Of a stretch of 64,000 nucleotides of DNA, positions 63,001 to 64,000 are shown piece by piece (positions within the stretch are counted from its first letter, which is position 1; the number at the start of each line of letters is the position of its first letter). Both the position numbers and the translations under genes were made by a program. The notes under the pieces are model-generated. The model was not told the origin of the DNA. It searched no databases and worked only from the letters and a program-made list of their open reading frames with translations. Origin of the DNA: Oopsacas minuta (Eukaryota > Animalia > Porifera); contig JAKMXF010000303.1 in the NCBI GenBank assembly GCA_024704765.1, positions 189,266 to 253,265 on the forward strand. The letters run 5' to 3'.

Positions 63001-64000
63001 ATGTATCTCGTGTGCAGATTTCCCGAGGAGAGTACGAATCTTGACATAAGCTCTTTGCTCGATTTTAGAACTCTTGCCAAGTGATGTCATAAAGGTATAG
63101 TATAAAAAACACCTGTTGTAAAATTTTATATAACTTGTTGAGTTTTTAAGCGATAATGAAAAAGTCAATAGCTTGTAGACAGAGGATTAAGTATTCATAT
63201 TCAAATATCAATATATTATTGTTGTGTTATAAATCCCCACAGTAACACAGTGATCAGAGTATATTGAACGCCCGTAGTAGTTTGTCAATTTAGAATACCA
63301 TATTTCCCTGAATAGGCCTCTCTGTACCTATTCAGAGTAATGCGGTATTTGGTTTCAACATCCATCGCGATAGATGCCTTCATGTTCCCTGTGTAGATAT
63401 TAACATGTTCCAAATGTCAAGATAGTCCGTAGTATATATGTTTACATTGTTTTAGAGAAGAGAGACAGCTACAAAGGTATTATTAATGATTTCACGAGCT
63501 TAACAATTACATGTACTCAGCTGTTAGAAGAAAAACACATAATAGATGCATACTACCCTGGTATGGGTGTTATACATTATGTCACCAATAATAATACACG
63601 AATTGGCCAGTTGTTATCTACATCACATCAGAAAGGTATTCTGACGTCACTCATCAATCTGCTTGTTAACATACATAACTCCTTTATTAGCAAATATACA
63701 GAATCCTATCCAGAGTCAAGGTACACCAAATATTATATACAGGGGACTCCCCTTCATAGAGCCACCGAATAATCGGGTCACTTAGCCAATATGGAACCAT
63801 AAAAATAGTGTCCAGTTAATTGGATCAAAATGGATTGGCCCCGATGTGACCCCATTAAGCGGAGTCTATTGAGTTATTTGTTATACGAATTTTAATTTGA
63901 ATACTTTTACTTAACAGACCTGAAAGAAGTATTCCTCTCAGTCTTGTTACTCCTCATCAACTCATCAATTATACAGATCAGTTAGATAATTTAATTCTTT
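36025..64000 (+). CDS. RNF213: RNF213 (mysterin)-like giant AAA+ ATPase / E3 ligase; multi-exon, frameshifted as assembled, continues beyond the window
   Basis: Walker A motifs VGSGKS, GETGCGKT and GKPGSSKS; FFDEANT, LDEVGLAE, NWALDPAKMNRG, ASWSELKHF, PPLINRLEKH; later exons FLPT, LLRVIIH, LAATKYIPE, LINLLVNIHN. Exon 1 is about 36025-45571 with five frameshifts. Further exons include 45635-45794, 46292-46738, 46812-46987, 54183-54623, 55651-55992, 56321-56380, 56486-56590, 56860-57108 and about 61757-61922. The exon list is incomplete. May be a pseudogene. Confidence 0.88.
36774..40496 (+). CDS. RNF213-like N-terminal stalk segment (ORF piece of exon 1)
   Basis: 1240-codon uninterrupted frame; helical composition with LFLPLYH, DNFIDLA, YNFNALREMQS and YLLNHFT motifs typical of the region preceding the first AAA module. 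Confidence 0.75.
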   Translation: MLGFDAIQNDVETVLHNLCNVYMISKRPKLTFFKKKVYSPVFETEQVEKIMQEFLLGWIDSVIHLDCPFHLKFYLSFLTVNMNLMESCSSQIYFKVFQNMTSEFVLSIIKDKSNLEMFLKYQSDISKSPQLLYSAMQEVSRIDIDNFILFLPLYHVLFNSKHSFNEAHTAHDFLNMSYWGLPPDILFTHNHTIELPIIVNTLSQYNSLGPILPYSITLLCLKLEIFSQLMEILAIPFLPFIAVLLYRIDRWNLMEQDRELRERVYETFLAQSELNPNLLNDSHICQASDVIYKMLQLINDSQSLSKKIIITYNEADLLLQVLAKLLLLYHGHENLLASQKIFNLIPSSDLLDSITRCVDDDKMNQKPECGTDCLHEVLIWNTFLCIQFPSSYRWVQSVSKTFSIRLESHTLACLLNLFLNICSMKDISPLPSLFQTFRQELIRIVEKSQRRLLDEHSIFQNLVKVTADMFTEVIDVFAFIILLHESAITGADPVEHILSLSWLPILLKHCESKMLKSSNYPKSSDLFNKCIEVLRVLTTEFYLLTIQVNHMSIVLQSNSIYFSILQNLPEIIPVTANELSQEDFFNQAVTFRANMSNYFLRQHKFIAVFKKLLDSTNSGVYSKEINNFLAIDFSKKPISDLCRSVSGDQEFILNPDNPSLNVFNNRLIRIMLSTLPDFLKSQFFKVQFEHFLNIYLEETNNIKEIDLNTIHSILFFPTFTIVSDTISDLFDLTILLTTIDKHFSCYADGPELMNTFTHEIKHIVTAVERVTGKSYKLSLNETMGKVSCYFTLHRAENIAISILKVRKAYHFTEKFTNTEFVSNLKELNVDNTQLSQITPELRETTEILNNLTPVHKQILQTLLNCVDLFTWTAGIVEKSSELDNFIDLALNSVESTSTQVNRITCYKSVCTIFMPFIFDLQNVDEMYFLKKLSIVHENIESRDDTVAHLLKMSSDCARESELEFWKELQLSHKLMGGKTISKLKQIMQCGKFVLTTNTNTHTVDDILKLYIRGNELSTTDNHSPWYNFNALREMQSDIILITPLMHEDKDSVKFVAQFEEIVTLTNLILKLNCSGNIFFMNLFLEYTCNSIDVIKNDISYLTELYLKWSTQFLQARKDNYLLNHFTDSQILKIQIGLDGLNRQKDLDRDTIHLLTLIREELSHKDIIVALDKIKRGACTYTSPTHNNDSFQFPAEDVNYTSSIVYVPMSCQWILLNLKKNKFKHFPFEIFMRVEIRIFYH
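42215..45571 (+). CDS. RNF213-like AAA+ core (ORF piece of exon 1, ends at donor CCG|GTATGA)
   Basis: DEYYVLTIDNLKKMLAIHMRFRSNIPVIIMGETGCGKTRLI, Walker B FFDE, second active module GKPGSSKS / VVLDEVG, YFGLRDFYCLIK. Confidence 0.92.
50741..50788. repeat. Perfect 16-bp stem hairpin with GC-rich 16-nt loop
   Basis: TAACTACTACTAGCGC (50741-50756) and GCGCTAGTAGTAGTTA (50773-50788) are exact reverse complements. Confidence 0.85.
50810..51940. mobile_element. Probable non-autonomous DNA element with arrays of subterminal repeats
   Basis: GCGACATTTGTGTAC twice at the left (50817, 50841) and inverted variants GTACACAAA(C/T)...TCG at the right (51864, 51896, 51921). Exact termini and TSD not resolved. 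Confidence 0.55.
52601..52668. mobile_element. pogo/Tigger-type MITE (68 bp)
   Basis: TA|CAGTGTAAGCTGCTTAATCGGGACA ... TGTCCCGATTAAGCGGCTTCCACTG|TA; 25-bp TIR with 2 mismatches. Confidence 0.85.
56051..56210. mobile_element. pogo/Tigger-type MITE (160 bp)
   Basis: TA|CAGTTAACATCCGGT ... ACCGAATGTTGACTG|TA; 15-bp TIR with 2 mismatches. Confidence 0.65.
57146..57672. mobile_element. hAT-type MITE (527 bp) with perfect 17-bp TIRs and 8-bp TSD
   Basis: TCTAGCCC|CAGTGTTCCCCCTAAGC ... GCTTAGGGGGAACACTG|TCTAGCCC. Confidence 0.92.
58336..59671 (+). pseudogene. Intronless MFS sugar-porter (SLC2/Tret1-like) gene nested in an RNF213 intron; frameshifted as assembled
   Basis: ATG 58336 (MREFPILFLALTCYIGVLLIGFEGGYVSP); motifs MLGRFLLG, VYLGECSPLNRGR, GTVLIYALG, WLVQQG, KPILIISTLNMF. 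Needs five single-base insertions and has one in-frame TAG (58988-58990) before reaching the stop at 59669-59671. Confidence 0.8.
59674..60832. mobile_element. hAT-type MITE (about 115 bp when the insert is removed), split by a nested element
   Basis: Perfect 8-bp TSD AACTAGTG (59666-59673, 60833-60840). Left end CAGCGGTTCACAATCT; right end reconstructs to AGGTTGGGAACCGCTG. Confidence 0.88.
59788..60826. mobile_element. Non-autonomous TGT...ACA element (1039 bp) with long TIRs and 5-bp TSD, inserted in the right TIR of the hAT MITE
   Basis: TSD CCGCT (59783-59787, 60827-60831); TIRs about 59788-59940 and 60711-60826 (TGTAGGGGTTCGTTTGGG...TGTCTCCACA(T/C)ACTGTGTAAAAT), the left one carrying a short extra segment. 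Confidence 0.85.
61169..61226. repeat. Dispersed repeat end with (ACAA/ACAG)n microsatellite seed; other copies at 28380-28413 and split by the P element (28826-28839 + 32464-32509)
   Basis: TTCCTTGACAACG(G/A)ACAAAC...CAATTG.(A/G)ATTTAA.AATAT is shared among the three sites. Resembles 3' ends of Helitron/DINE-type non-autonomous elements (inference). Confidence 0.65.
61944..63274 (-). mobile_element. Mariner (DD34D) transposon, 1331 bp, 26-bp TIRs, TA TSD
   Basis: TA|CGGGTGTTCAATAAGTTCTGATCACT ... AGTGATCAGAGTATATTGAACGCCCG|TA (22/26 complementary). Confidence 0.95.
61951..63090 (-). CDS. Mariner transposase, uninterrupted ORF (379 aa from ATG 63090)
   Basis: HTH region, ARWVPHLLT, GDETW (D1), HDNARPH (D2), YSPDLAPCDF (D3); 34 residues between D2 and D3 counted from the translation. 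Confidence 0.95.
   Translation of the reverse strand: MTSLGKSSKIEQRAYVKIRTLLGKSAHEIHLDLVQVYTTKGALSYAGVRRWAQRFRLGRKSIKDDPRPGAPITAASPIKSCAIKKPIDLDPHITIRELSNSVGISMGSVDHILRSQLKLTKVCARWVPHLLTKAQKETRVRCCRDLLKSYKECDPRRLFEIVTGDETWVQYNTPFSKQANKVWIGKQSDPPMIPRPDFRSSRIMYCIFFDAHGPVAQVIIPKGQTVTGSFYTSNCLGAVEESLLKRRKRTGAKGLRLLHDNARPHKTKQVKEKILRMGMIELEHPPYSPDLAPCDFYLFPKLKEYLSGRHFSNSAELGSAIFQYLKRIPPEDYKNIFVQWLERLQRCINNSGEYFEKLNTDCLCTTYFWVLWGVVIRTY

Noticed and set aside
1-64000. rRNA, tRNA, snRNA genes or prokaryotic/viral inserts
   Set aside because: No cloverleaf, rRNA signature, operon-like or viral hallmark recognised by eye; tRNAscan-SE and Infernal/Rfam would be needed to exclude small RNAs.

Overview
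AT-rich, gene-dense, intron-poor eukaryotic (animal) genomic DNA with GT-AG introns. The compact architecture and gene set suggest a sponge, possibly a glass sponge; this is inference and needs a BLAST check. All host genes lie on the + strand. In order: axonemal dynein intermediate chain DNAI2 (5 exons) with an intronless NHL-repeat gene nested in intron 4; a 116-aa single-pass membrane protein with a tyrosine-motif tail; a Deltex/DTX3L-like E3 ligase carrying a degenerate macrodomain; ARPC1; an orphan ORF; MOCOS; spatacsin/SPG11; a decayed P-superfamily (THAP) transposon with 435-bp TIRs; INCENP; and a very large RNF213 (mysterin)-like gene running from about 36.0 kb past the window end. The RNF213-like introns hold a nested MFS sugar-transporter gene, several MITEs, a transposon-in-transposon stack and an intact DD34D mariner. 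The most notable signals are: (1) a one-polypeptide pseudo-macrodomain/RING-H2/DTC ligase; (2) an RNF213-like RZ finger that appears to keep its zinc ligands but lack the catalytic Cys; (3) a run of frameshifts that are nearly all single missing bases in short homopolymers, most likely an assembly artefact but testable; (4) a Galileo-like long-TIR P element whose TIRs are built from about 157-bp tandem units. No rRNA, tRNA or CRISPR features were recognised.
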